NCBI GenBank assembly: GCA_030167145.1 | Contig: CP126532.1 | Location: forward strand, 720,001 to 752,000 | From: Ktedonobacterales bacterium | GTDB taxonomy: Bacteria > Chloroflexota > Ktedonobacteria > Ktedonobacterales > JADMIN01 | Length of the DNA stretch: 32,000 nt | Direction: 5' to 3' | Shown here: piece by piece, positions 17,260-26,592 of the stretch | Numbering within the stretch: the stretch's first letter is position 1 | Layout of the letters: each line of letters opens with the position of its first letter | Notes under the pieces: generated by a model | The model's database searches: none | What the model saw: only the letters and a program-made list of their open reading frames with translations | Told to the model about the DNA's origin: nothing | Made by a program: the position numbers and the translations under genes

Positions 17260-19635
17260 TTATGGCTGGCCCGTTGGCGCGGCAGATGCCTGAGCCGCCC
17301 GCATCGCCCGCCAAACGCGCTCCGGCGTCAGCGGCATTTCGATGTCGCTGATGCCCAGTGGCGAAAGCGCATCCACCACCGCGTTGACCACCGCCTGGGT
17401 CGAGGCGATAGTTCCGGTCTCGCCGACGCCCTTCACGCCCGTCAGATTGTGCGGGCACGGTGTCTCGGTGCGTGCCGTCTCGATGGTCGGAATCTGCGTG
17501 GCGTTGGGGACCGTATAGTCCATCATACTACCGGTGATGAGGTTGCCGCCCTCGTCATAGATCGCGTGCTCATACAGCGCCTGCCCGATACCCTGGGCGA
17601 CGCCGCCATGCACCTGACCATCCACGATCATCGGATTGATCACCACACCCACATCATCCACCGCGATGTAGCGCTCGATCTTGACCTCGCCGGTATCCGC
17701 GTCCACCTCCACGACACAGATGTGCGTACCGAAGGGGAACGTAAAGTTGGTCGGGTCGTGGAACGTGCTCTCCTCCAGTCCAGGTTCCATACCTTCGGGC
17801 ATATTCCAGGCGACATTGGCCATCAGTGCGATCTCCTGAATCGTCTTGGCCTTGCCTGGGCTGCCCTTGACCCTGAAACTGCCCTGCTCGAACTCCAAAT
17901 CGTCGGGTGAGGCTTCCAGCAGGTGTGCGGCAAGCTTCTTGGCCTTCTCGATCACCTTCACCGTTGCTTTGTAGATTGCCGTGCCGCCGACCGCCGTCGT
18001 CCGGCTGCCATACGTGCCCCAGCCCATCGGGATCGCGCCGGTGTCGCCGTGGACCACATCCACATCCTCCACAGGCACGCCCAGCATGTCGCCCACCATC
18101 TGCGCGAAGGTCGTCTCCTCGCCCTGGCCATGTGGATTGGTGCCGGTCAGCACCACCACCTTGCCGGTCGCCAGCACGCGCACTGTCGCCGGTTCCCATA
18201 GCCCTCCCTGAAAGCCCATCGCACCCGCCGCCGCTGAGGGTGCGAGTCCGCAGACCTCGACATAGGTGGAGAGGCCGATACCCAGATAGCGCCCCTGCTG
18301 GCGCAGTTCCGCCTGCTTCTGGCGCAGCCCGGCGTAATCTACCATCGCCAGCGCCTTATCTAGCGCGGCCTGATAGTTGCCGCTGTCGTAGCTCAGCGTG
18401 CCAGCGGTGGTATAGGGGAAGGCGTCGGCGGGGATGAAATTCTTGCGGCGGATCTCCACTGGATCCATCTTCACTTCGGCAGCCAGCAGATCGGCCATGC
18501 GCTCGATGAGGAATGCCGCTTCGGGGCGTCCCGCCCCGCGATAGGCGTCTGTCGGCGTGGTGTTGGTGAAGTAGCCGAACACATCGCAAGCGTAATTCTG
18601 GATCGTGTAGCAGCCGGGGACGATCAGCGCGAAGAGCCACGTTGGCACTCCCGGCGCCGCAGTCGAGAGATACGCGCCCATGTTCGAGAGCGCCTTCACA
18701 CGCAGACCAGTCATCGTGCCGTCGCGTTTCGCCGCCATCTCCACTTCGGTAATCTGGTCGCGTCCGTGGATCGTCGCCACGTAGTTTTCGCGGCGGTCCT
18801 CAGTCCACTTCACCGGCAGGCCCAGGTCTTTGCTGGCGAAGACGGCCAGCGCGTCGCCAGGATAGAACGGAATCTTGCTGCCGAATCCGCCGCCCACATC
18901 CCGTGCGATATAGCGGATCTTGTTTTCGGGAATGCTGGTGGTGACGGCGGTGAGGAAGCGCGCGATATGCGGATTCTGCGTCGTGTTGTAAATCAACAAC
19001 TCTTCCGCGCCGGGATTCCACGAGGCGACGGCGCTGCGCGGTTCCATCGCGTTGGGCACCAGGCGCTGCTGCACGAAGCGGTGCTTGACAACGACTTCGG
19101 CGTCGCGGAAGGCAGCGTCCACATCGCCATGGGCGAATTTCCAGTGGAAGGCAAGGTTTCCTGGCGCATCGTCGTGCAATTGCGGCGCACCCGTCGCCGC
19201 GGCCTGCTCTTGCGAGGTGACGACCGGCAGCGGCTCGTAGTCCACATCAATCAGGTCCAGCGCGTCACGGGCGGTGGCGGGGTCGTCGGCGATCACCATC
19301 GCCACGCCGTCGCCGGTGAAACGCACGGTGTCCTTCGCCAGGGCGTGATACGCCGGAACTTTGAGGTCCGAATCGGGAATGAGCCAGGCGCAGGGTATCG
19401 GGTTCATCCGGCCCAGCAGATCGGCACCGGTGTAGACGGCGCGGACACCAGGGTGCGCCTTGGCCTTCGCGGTGTCAATCGCCTTGATGCGTGCGTGGCC
19501 ATAGGGGCTGCGCAGCACGGCCATGTGCAACATGCCGGGGAGCTTAATATCGTCGGTATAGGCGCCGCGCCCGGTGATGAGGCGCGGATCTTCGCGGCGC
19601 TTGACAGAAGCGCCGAAGAGACGGGTCACAGACAT
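17260..19635 (-). CDS. molybdopterin-binding large subunit of a xanthine dehydrogenase-family enzyme, form II CoxL/CutL-like
   Basis: The 791-aa product contains the active-site loop AYRGAGR, the form II signature. The form I CO dehydrogenase signature VAYRCSFR is absent. An AAGGAG RBS precedes the start. Confidence 0.9.
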   Translation of the reverse strand: MSVTRLFGASVKRREDPRLITGRGAYTDDIKLPGMLHMAVLRSPYGHARIKAIDTAKAKAHPGVRAVYTGADLLGRMNPIPCAWLIPDSDLKVPAYHALAKDTVRFTGDGVAMVIADDPATARDALDLIDVDYEPLPVVTSQEQAAATGAPQLHDDAPGNLAFHWKFAHGDVDAAFRDAEVVVKHRFVQQRLVPNAMEPRSAVASWNPGAEELLIYNTTQNPHIARFLTAVTTSIPENKIRYIARDVGGGFGSKIPFYPGDALAVFASKDLGLPVKWTEDRRENYVATIHGRDQITEVEMAAKRDGTMTGLRVKALSNMGAYLSTAAPGVPTWLFALIVPGCYTIQNYACDVFGYFTNTTPTDAYRGAGRPEAAFLIERMADLLAAEVKMDPVEIRRKNFIPADAFPYTTAGTLSYDSGNYQAALDKALAMVDYAGLRQKQAELRQQGRYLGIGLSTYVEVCGLAPSAAAGAMGFQGGLWEPATVRVLATGKVVVLTGTNPHGQGEETTFAQMVGDMLGVPVEDVDVVHGDTGAIPMGWGTYGSRTTAVGGTAIYKATVKVIEKAKKLAAHLLEASPDDLEFEQGSFRVKGSPGKAKTIQEIALMANVAWNMPEGMEPGLEESTFHDPTNFTFPFGTHICVVEVDADTGEVKIERYIAVDDVGVVINPMIVDGQVHGGVAQGIGQALYEHAIYDEGGNLITGSMMDYTVPNATQIPTIETARTETPCPHNLTGVKGVGETGTIASTQAVVNAVVDALSPLGISDIEMPLTPERVWRAMRAAQASAAPTGQP

Positions 19636-19665
19636 GGGGTACGCTCCTTCTCTACGACGCTCACC

Positions 19666-20190
19666 TTACTCGCCGCCCGCGCCAGCGGGCATGGGCGTGG
19701 GGGACGCGGCAGGCGCGGCGCGCATCTTTTCGGCGGCTGAGCGCACAGCGGCCACGATATTCTGGTAGCCAGTACAGCGGCAGAGATTGCCTTCGAGCTG
19801 CTCGCGTATCTCGGCGTCGGTGGGATTGGGGTTGCGCTGCAGCAGGCTGACGGTTGCCATCAGGAAGCCCGGTGTGCAGAAGCCGCATTGCAGACCATGG
19901 AGATCCCAGAATGCCTGCTGCACGGGGTGATAGGCGTCGCCACTGGCAAGACTCTCGACGGTGCGGACCTGGGCGCCATTGGCCTGGACGGCGAGCACCA
20001 TGCAGCTTTTCACTGCCTGTCCGTCAAGCAGCACTGTACACGCGCCACACTGACCCGTGTCGCAGCCAATGTGCGTGCCGGTCAGGTTGAGGCTTTCGCG
20101 TAGATACTGCACCAGCAGCAGGCGCGGCTCTACCTCGTTCTCTCTGGGAACGCCGTTGACGTTCACTGAAATCTTCTGCCGCATATACAC
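19666..20190 (-). CDS. (2Fe-2S)-binding small subunit, CoxS/CutS-like
   Basis: It has the plant-type ferredoxin motif [11 protein letters not shown] and a second cluster motif CGFCTPG...CRCTGY. The start is either GTG 20190 or ATG 20184. Confidence 0.9.
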   Translation of the reverse strand: MYMRQKISVNVNGVPRENEVEPRLLLVQYLRESLNLTGTHIGCDTGQCGACTVLLDGQAVKSCMVLAVQANGAQVRTVESLASGDAYHPVQQAFWDLHGLQCGFCTPGFLMATVSLLQRNPNPTDAEIREQLEGNLCRCTGYQNIVAAVRSAAEKMRAAPAASPTPMPAGAGGE

Positions 20191-20393
20191 GTAATCCCTT
20201 CATCTTGCGCGCCGGAGAGGATGGACCGGCGCATGTGCCCAGCGGCATCGCCAGGCGCGCACGTCTGTGCCGGGGCAACGTAGTGTGGATACGTACTACG
20301 AGGTGGCGCTACAAAGGCATCTACTCCGATACTCCAAATGACGGTGCCAGGATACACCGAGAGCGGGAGGTGACACGGATTGTGATGGCGCGC

Positions 20394-21215
20394 TCAGCGT
20401 TTTGAGACACGGCGCAGGACGAAGGCGAGCGTCGCCACCAGCACCGTAGCGGCGGCGATGCCGCCCAGCAGGACGTTGGCCCAGCGGCGCTCGCTCTCGA
20501 TGGAACCATCGCTCAGTCCCGCACGGCGCGCGAAGCGCATCAGTGGGCTGCGGCGCGGTGGGGCGCTACTGCGCGCGGTGGTCGGCGCTGTGTAGGCAGG
20601 GGCGGAGCGAGCGGTCGTCTCGGTAGGCGTGAGAACGGGTGCGGATGCGGTCCGCCCAGTCGTGTGGGTAGCCCCCGTCCCGGTGGGCAGCGCGCTCAGT
20701 GGCGGCGCAGTGGAAGCGGAGTCAAGCACGTCGGCGGGAGGCATAGCGACAGCGGCGGCGACCGGCGCGGCGCTTTCTTCGGCGAACACATCCGCGAGCT
20801 TGGCGAAGAAGCCGCGGGTGAGCATATTGGCCGCGCCACTGGCGACCCGCATGCCCACGCTGGCGATAGCCCCGCCAAGCTGCGCCTGCCCTGCGTACCG
20901 CACCACAGTTACGCCTGGCTCGCGCTCTTCCAGCGCGACCGTCCCCTCGCCATGCAACACGCCTTGCGCGCCCTTGCCATCCACCACCATGCGGCAACTT
21001 TCGGGTGGCCGCTGCTCGCTCATCCGCAGCGTCCCTTCATAGACGCCTTTGACAGCGGCGATACCAATATTGACGCGCCCGTGATAGGTGTTGGCGTCAA
21101 TCATTTCCAGGCTTTCGCAGCCGGGAACGATGCGCCGCAGCAGATCGGGATCGCGCAGCGCGCTCCATACACGCTCGCGCGTGGCGTACAGGGTGTAGCT
21201 CCCAGAAATGTCCAC
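20394..21215 (-). CDS. CoxG/SRPBCC-family protein with long low-complexity linker and C-terminal TM anchor
   Basis: The N-terminal ~150 aa match the CoxG pattern (ISGSYTL...RERVWSALRDPDLLRRIVPGCESLE...). An Ala/Pro/Thr-rich stretch follows, ending in the hydrophobic tail VLLGGIAAATVLVATLAFVL. It uses a GTG start at 21215 with a GAGGGAGG RBS. Confidence 0.8.
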   Translation of the reverse strand: MDISGSYTLYATRERVWSALRDPDLLRRIVPGCESLEMIDANTYHGRVNIGIAAVKGVYEGTLRMSEQRPPESCRMVVDGKGAQGVLHGEGTVALEEREPGVTVVRYAGQAQLGGAIASVGMRVASGAANMLTRGFFAKLADVFAEESAAPVAAAVAMPPADVLDSASTAPPLSALPTGTGATHTTGRTASAPVLTPTETTARSAPAYTAPTTARSSAPPRRSPLMRFARRAGLSDGSIESERRWANVLLGGIAAATVLVATLAFVLRRVSKR

Positions 21216-21454
21216 GTGGGGCCTCCCTCATGTTTCAATACATGCGCGAATGAGGCTTAAGGAACAGTTCTCTATCGGATGATGTGGGTGGGATGCGCTA
21301 CGAGAGTGGACAGCAACGCGCCGAATGGGTGGGCGCTAACTACCTGATATGCCGAAGTGTAGCACATAGACTGCGCGGGCGTGCATGCGCCAAAGTGGTG
21401 AGCGCAGAAGTCGGGCCAGGAAAAGAGCGCCAACTCTACCAAAGTGAGAATCGC

Positions 21455-23371
21455 TTAGCGCCTATCAAACTGGCGCTCCAGCGAGGAAAAGCTCATGTGG
21501 ACGATGGTTGGGCGACCATGGCAGCAACTCTGGTACGCGTCGGCATGTTCAAGCTGGCGGATCAGCTCGCGCTGCTCGTCTGGCGAGAGCGTCTGCCCTG
21601 CTTTGATCGCGGCTTTGCAGGCGACGTTGGCCAGCGCGTGCTCCTCCCACGTCTCGCCGTGGCTGGCGGCTTCGGCGTCCGCGCCCGCCAGTTCCAGCAG
21701 CAGCGCACGCAGATCTTGCGCCCGCGCTTTGGCGGCGAGCGGCGCGGGCAGCGCCCGCACCAGCAGCGCATCGCCGCCGAACGGCTCGATCTCGAAGCCG
21801 ATGCCGCGCAGCCGGTCCAGGTGGTCTTCCAACGCCTCACGCTCGGCGGGGCTGAGTTCCAGCGGCAGCGGCGTCAAGAGCAGTTGCGCCGCGACCTCGC
21901 GGGAACGCCAGGCGGCAATCATACGCTCCAGCAGGATGCGCTCGTGGGCGGCGTGCTGGTCCACTAAATACATCCCATCGGGGCCTTCGGTGATGATGTA
22001 GCTCTGCGACACCTGCCCCAGCACGCGCAGCACCGGCAGTTTCTGGCCGCCAACCATCGCATCCGCGCCAGCCGCGCCAGGGAGCGCGAATCCGCTGGGA
22101 AGCGGCATAGGCGATGGTGAGGGCGCATCTGCGTGTGTGGTGGGGTTAGTAACGGGGCCAGTGGGCGCGCCAGCAGGCCAGAGCAGCGCCTGACCCGGCT
22201 TGGGCCAGGATGAGCTCCTATCATCGCTATCCATTTGACCGAGTACAGCAGCATCTTCATCCGGGGTATCGCTAGATGGCGATGGCATCAGCGGGAAAGT
22301 TGTCGCGGTTGCCCACGCGGGCACGGTGAAGGCGTTGGGGGAGACCTCCGGCGTTTCGGTGTTGGCAAGAATGGTAGCGCGCACCGCGCGCTGCACGGCG
22401 GCATACACTTGTCGCTCGCGCAGGAACTTGATCTCCGTTTTGGCCGGATGGATGTTGACATCCAGCAACGACGGGTCAAGCTCCACATTGATAACGGCGA
22501 TGGGATGGCGTCCGGTGAGTAGCAACGAGTGGTACGCCTCTTCGGCAGCATAGCCGAGGGTGCGGCTCTGCACCCAGCGCCGATTGACGAAGAACGACAG
22601 ATACTGCCGCGTAGACTTGTAGCACGTGGGCCGACTGACATAGCCGCTCACGCGCGGCGGATCGTCTGGTTGGAATCCCCCTGGCGGAGACTCAGTTTCG
22701 GGCAGCGCGAGCATCTGCTCCGCAACGCTGAGGCCATAGACCGCCACCAGCACGCTCAAGAGCCTGCCATCTCCGGGCGTTGTGAACACCTGCCGCCCCT
22801 CGCTCAGCGCGGTGAACCGCACCTCAGGGTACGCCAGCGCATATTGCTCGACGAGGTGCAGCGCATGGCCGGTCTCGGTAGCGCGCGTCTTTAAGAACTT
22901 GAGCCGCGCGGGCACGGAGGCGAACAGATCGCGCACGGTAACGCTCGTACCCGCTGGCGCGCCTGCGGGCGTCACCTGGCCTTCCGCGCCTTCGTTGATC
23001 GTAAGTTGCGCACCCATGTTGGCATCGCGCGGGCGGCTGAGCAGCGTGACGGAAGCGACCGCGCCGATGCTGGCGAGCGCCTCGCCCCGGAAGCCGAGCG
23101 TGGCGATACGTTCCAAATCGCCGAGCGCGCTGATCTTGCTGGTGGCGTGGCGCAAAAAGGCCAGCGGCAGCTCATCGGCGGGGATGCCGCGTCCATCATC
23201 GCTCACGCGCAGCAGCGTCAGGCCGCCGTTGGTCAGTTCCACGCGGATGTACCGCGCGCCCGCGTCCAGGGCGTTTTCGAGCAGCTCTTTGACGACCGAG
23301 GCGGGCCGCTCGACCACCTCACCGGCGGCAATTTTCGCGGCGACATCGGACGGCAATTGGCGTATGGGCAT
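21455..23371 (-). CDS. mutL: DNA mismatch repair endonuclease MutL
   Basis: The N-terminus MPIRQLPSDVAAKIAAGEVVERPASVVKELLENALDAG is a GHKL ATPase. GFRGEAL is present, as is the C-terminal endonuclease motif DQHAAHERILLE (DQHAx2Ex4E). A GGGGAGAG RBS precedes the ATG at 23371. The 868-aa track ORF is an upstream shadow extension. Confidence 0.95.
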   Translation of the reverse strand: MPIRQLPSDVAAKIAAGEVVERPASVVKELLENALDAGARYIRVELTNGGLTLLRVSDDGRGIPADELPLAFLRHATSKISALGDLERIATLGFRGEALASIGAVASVTLLSRPRDANMGAQLTINEGAEGQVTPAGAPAGTSVTVRDLFASVPARLKFLKTRATETGHALHLVEQYALAYPEVRFTALSEGRQVFTTPGDGRLLSVLVAVYGLSVAEQMLALPETESPPGGFQPDDPPRVSGYVSRPTCYKSTRQYLSFFVNRRWVQSRTLGYAAEEAYHSLLLTGRHPIAVINVELDPSLLDVNIHPAKTEIKFLRERQVYAAVQRAVRATILANTETPEVSPNAFTVPAWATATTFPLMPSPSSDTPDEDAAVLGQMDSDDRSSSWPKPGQALLWPAGAPTGPVTNPTTHADAPSPSPMPLPSGFALPGAAGADAMVGGQKLPVLRVLGQVSQSYIITEGPDGMYLVDQHAAHERILLERMIAAWRSREVAAQLLLTPLPLELSPAEREALEDHLDRLRGIGFEIEPFGGDALLVRALPAPLAAKARAQDLRALLLELAGADAEAASHGETWEEHALANVACKAAIKAGQTLSPDEQRELIRQLEHADAYQSCCHGRPTIVHMSFSSLERQFDRR

Positions 23372-23595
23372 GCGCGGCTCTCCCCAGATGAAGGTCGGCG
23401 AAGGCGTGCGGATGTATTGTATCGCATGGGCATCGTAGCGCCACCGCTCGCGCCACACGCGGCTATGCCGAATAGCCCAAACAAACCAGTGGCATATGTT
23501 GTGCGACGAGCACCTGCGGTTGCCACTCCTGGCACTGTGGGCAGCATGGTATGGTAGAGCACGGGCGCGATGGCGCGAGAAAGGGCAAAGACGCG

Positions 23596-24030
23596 ATGAT
23601 GGACCCCAACCAGATGGACCCCAACCAGATGGACCCCAACCAGATGGACCCCAACCAGATGGACCCCAACCAGATGGACCCCAACCAGATGGACCCTTCC
23701 CAGGCCGGACAGATGGGGCAGGGGATGATGGACGACGCGGCGCAGCAGGCGCAGCAAGGCATGGATGACATGTCGCAGCGAGCGCAGCAGGGCGCGGATA
23801 GTGCAATTGACCAGGCAGCGGGGAATATCCCCGGCGGCCAGCAGTACGCCCAGCAGGCAAAAGATGCGGTCTCCGGCGGGATGGAGAACGTGCAGCAGCA
23901 AGGGCAGGATATGCTCGGCAACGCCCAGCAGCAAGGGCAAGACGCGCTTGGCAATGCCCAGCAGCAGGGAGAAGATATGCTGGGCAACGCGGGCGATCAG
24001 CTTGGCGGCATGTTCGGCGGCAACCAATAA
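23596..24030 (+). CDS. hypothetical low-complexity Q/G/D/M/N-rich protein with MDPNQ x7 and 11-aa x3 repeats
   Basis: It is open from ATG 23596/23599 to TAA 24030. Third-position G/C usage is consistent with coding. There are no hydrophobic segments. It is divergent from mutL. The antisense reading (GWGPS repeats) is explained by the mutL shadow ORF. Confidence 0.6.
   Translation: MMDPNQMDPNQMDPNQMDPNQMDPNQMDPNQMDPSQAGQMGQGMMDDAAQQAQQGMDDMSQRAQQGADSAIDQAAGNIPGGQQYAQQAKDAVSGGMENVQQQGQDMLGNAQQQGQDALGNAQQQGEDMLGNAGDQLGGMFGGNQ
23599..23703 (+). repeat. 15-bp perfect tandem repeat ATGGACCCCAACCAG x6 plus one degenerate copy
   Basis: The six identical copies occupy 23599-23688. The seventh copy, ATGGACCCTTCCCAG, lies at 23689-23703. 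In frame it encodes MDPNQ. Confidence 0.95.
23893..23991 (+). repeat. 33-bp imperfect tandem repeat x3 (QQQGQDMLGNA)
   Basis: The copies lie at 23893-23925, 23926-23958 and 23959-23991. They differ mostly by silent or conservative substitutions. Confidence 0.85.
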
Positions 24031-24088
24031 ACAGCGCACAGACTGCGATTCTACGGCCCACTTCCCAATCAGCGGGGAGGGGGCCGTC

Positions 24089-24538
24089 TTACTGCTGTGA
24101 CCATAGAAGTTCATGCCGCAACAACAAGAGACTGCGAAAATCGGGTGAAACTGGAATCGCTTTGCGCCAGGAGATCGAGACATAATTTACCGCAAAGATG
24201 GGATACTGGCCGTCAGCATGCTCAGAGCGCATATCGAAGACCAATCCTTCACTTCCCGCATCTGCGCCAAACGCGATAGCATCTGGAATCTCGCTTTGGA
24301 TAAATCCGTAGCCTGAGCAAATTGCTGGTATATCTTGTATCGGCCAGAATTGCATGAACCAGATGTCTTTGTACCAAAGCGCGCCACCGTTTGACGTGCG
24401 CAGAAACGCAATATAGTCATCTGGCAGCGGACGGCCACAAAATGCCTCAAACTCGGCTATTTGTGCCTCGGTCGCTGGCGGTGCGCGCAGTTCCCAGATG
24501 TACTCTGGAGCGTCGAGGATGCTCAGCCACTCTGCCAT
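24089..24538 (-). CDS. SMI1/KNR4 (SUKH-1) family protein
   Basis: ATEAQIAEFEAFCGRPLPDDYIAFLRTSNGG...AIAFGADAGSEGLVFD fits the SMI1/KNR4 pattern. The gene is visibly AT-richer than its flanks (by eye). Confidence 0.8.
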   Translation of the reverse strand: MAEWLSILDAPEYIWELRAPPATEAQIAEFEAFCGRPLPDDYIAFLRTSNGGALWYKDIWFMQFWPIQDIPAICSGYGFIQSEIPDAIAFGADAGSEGLVFDMRSEHADGQYPIFAVNYVSISWRKAIPVSPDFRSLLLLRHELLWSQQ

Positions 24539-24630
24539 AGATGGGCCTCACTGTTGTTCACCCACTGAACCATTCCATACGATAGAATACGATACGCATG
24601 AGACGGCAGCGTATGGGAAGGCGGAGCATC

Positions 24631-25140
24631 ATGAGCGCGACACGCGATAGCGAGCGAATAGAGACACAAGTGGAGCAAGCGGAGCAGGCGAGCAAGACCG
24701 TGGACGAATCGCGTGTGGTCATGGCGCGCTCGATGCAGCCACCCGACGCCAACGTCTGGGGCAACGTGCATGGCGGCGCTATCATGCGGCTGGTGGACGA
24801 AGCGGGTGGCGCCGTCGCCGTGCGCCATGCGCGGCGGCCCTGTGTCACCGTCGCCATGGATTCCATGACGTTCAAGCAGCCCGCGTATATTGGCGACCTG
24901 CTTACCGTCACCGCCTGCCTCACTTACACCGGACACACCTCCATGGAGGTCGAGGCGCACATCGAGGCGGAAAATCTCCTCACCGGCAATAAGCGCAACG
25001 TCGGCACCAGCTATCTCGTCTACGTCGCGCTGGACGAGAATGGGCATCCCACCCCCGTGCAGCCGCTGACGCCACATACCGACGAAGAGCGCGCCCGCTG
25101 GCGTGCCGCCGAAGCGCGCCGCGCACGACGGGCACGATAG
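24631..25140 (+). CDS. acyl-CoA thioesterase (hotdog fold, YciA/Acot-like)
   Basis: NVWGNVHGGAIMRLVDEAGG...VTVAMDSMTFKQPAYIGDLL...GHTSMEV is the hotdog thioesterase core. I chose ATG 24631 for its GGAAGGCGGAG RBS. In-frame ATGs at 24598 and 24613 are alternatives. Confidence 0.85.
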   Translation: MSATRDSERIETQVEQAEQASKTVDESRVVMARSMQPPDANVWGNVHGGAIMRLVDEAGGAVAVRHARRPCVTVAMDSMTFKQPAYIGDLLTVTACLTYTGHTSMEVEAHIEAENLLTGNKRNVGTSYLVYVALDENGHPTPVQPLTPHTDEERARWRAAEARRARRAR

Positions 25141-25151
25141 AGGAGGGCCGC

Positions 25152-26567
25152 ATGAATTCCTCAGCCGATGAGCAGCGCAGCCCCACTGGCGTGCCCCACC
25201 CGCGCGAAGCGGCGCGCGTGCTTCAACAGGTCGAGACACGCAACGTGCGCTTCATCAATCTCGAATTCACCGACGTGGTTGGCATGGCCAAATGCGTCAC
25301 CATCCCGGCTGAGCAACTGGCCGACACCCTGGCGCATGGCAAGTGGTTCGACGGCTCCGCTATCGAGGGCTTCGCGCGGGTGCTGGAAACCGACATGTAT
25401 CTGCGCCCCGACCTGACCACCTATGCTGAGGTGCCCTGGCATACAACCATGCCAGCCGGGTCGGGCGACGCACAGGCCGAACGAGTGGCGCGCATCATCT
25501 GCGACGTGCTCATGCCAGCGGGCGAGCGTTTCGCGGGCGACCCGCGCGCCGTGCTCGTCGCCGCGCTGGGCGAAGCCGACGCGCTTGGTTTCCGCTACGA
25601 AGTCTCGCCGGAGCTAGAGTTCTTTCTCCTGCGCGAGCGCGAGGGCGCCGCGACTGACCCGCTGCCGCACGACCGGGGCGGCTACTTCGATCTCTCCACC
25701 GACGAGGCTGCCGATGTGCGCCGCGAAATCGCTTCGGAATTGGGGCAGATGGACATTCGTATCGAGTCCAGCCATCACGAGGTGGCGGCTGGCCAGCACG
25801 AGATAGATTTCGTGGCCGCCGACGCCCTGCGCATCGCCGACGCCGTCGTTACGGCGCGCTATGCCATCAAGGCTATCGCGCAGCGCCACGGGTTATGGGC
25901 CACATTCCTGCCGAAACCGCTCGTTGGCATCAACGGCTCTGGCATGCACACCCATCAGCGCCTGCTGCGCGTCAGCGATGGCGCGGATGCCTTCGACGAC
26001 CCGCGCGATAGCGAATATGGCCTGTCGCAGGTGGGGCGGCGCTTCATCGCCGGACAGCTTGCCCACGCGCCTGGGATGAGCGCCATCGTCGCGCCGCTCG
26101 TCAATTCCTACAAGCGGCTCGTGCCTGGCTTCGAGGCGCCGGTGATGATTAGTTGGGGGCGGGTCAACCGCGAGGCGCTGGTGCGCGTGCCACGTGCCGC
26201 GCCCGGCATTCGTGAGGGTGTGCGGATTGAACTACGCAGCCCTGACCCAAGCTGCAATCCCTACCTTGCCTTCGCGGTGATGCTGCGCGCCGGGCTGGAT
26301 GGCATTACCCACGAGTTGCCGTTGGCTCAGCCGGTGGAGGAAGGGCTGTACACGCTGGACGAACTAGCCCGCTTGCGCTGGAATATCGGACTGCTGCCCG
26401 CAACACTTGGCGAGGCGCTCACCGCGCTGCAAAGCGACGATGTGGCGCTCAGCGCGCTCGGCGAGCAGATCGCCGCATGGTTTGTAGAGGCGAAATCGCG
26501 CGAGTGGCGCGAGTATCGCCAGCAGGTGCATCTGTGGGAGCTTCACCGCTACCTGCCCATGTACTAA
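25152..26567 (+). CDS. glnA: type I glutamine synthetase family protein
   Basis: It has the beta-grasp N-domain (VRFINLEFTDVVGMAKCVTIP), the catalytic-domain motifs NGSGMHTHQ and SYKRLVPGFEAP, and VRIELRSPDPSCNPYLAF. It starts 12 nt after the thioesterase stop. The substrate cannot be resolved here (glutamate/ammonia versus a gamma-glutamyl-amine ligase). Confidence 0.85.
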   Translation: MNSSADEQRSPTGVPHPREAARVLQQVETRNVRFINLEFTDVVGMAKCVTIPAEQLADTLAHGKWFDGSAIEGFARVLETDMYLRPDLTTYAEVPWHTTMPAGSGDAQAERVARIICDVLMPAGERFAGDPRAVLVAALGEADALGFRYEVSPELEFFLLREREGAATDPLPHDRGGYFDLSTDEAADVRREIASELGQMDIRIESSHHEVAAGQHEIDFVAADALRIADAVVTARYAIKAIAQRHGLWATFLPKPLVGINGSGMHTHQRLLRVSDGADAFDDPRDSEYGLSQVGRRFIAGQLAHAPGMSAIVAPLVNSYKRLVPGFEAPVMISWGRVNREALVRVPRAAPGIREGVRIELRSPDPSCNPYLAFAVMLRAGLDGITHELPLAQPVEEGLYTLDELARLRWNIGLLPATLGEALTALQSDDVALSALGEQIAAWFVEAKSREWREYRQQVHLWELHRYLPMY

Positions 26568-26592
26568 AATCGAGCGCACGCAAGGCTGCTGC

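Noticed and set aside
17260-19635. Calling the cluster a bona fide (form I) aerobic CO dehydrogenase
   Set aside because: The active-site loop is AYRGAGR rather than VAYRCSFR, and the gene order is S-L-M rather than M-S-L. Only a form II or unknown-substrate assignment is justified.
23372-24061. N-terminal extension of MutL (868-aa track ORF, GWGPS repeats)
   Set aside because: The conserved MutL N-terminus (MPIRQLPSDVAAKIAAGEV) begins at 23371 with a good RBS. The upstream part is Pro/Ala/Arg-rich shadow sequence antisense to the MDPNQ repeat gene.
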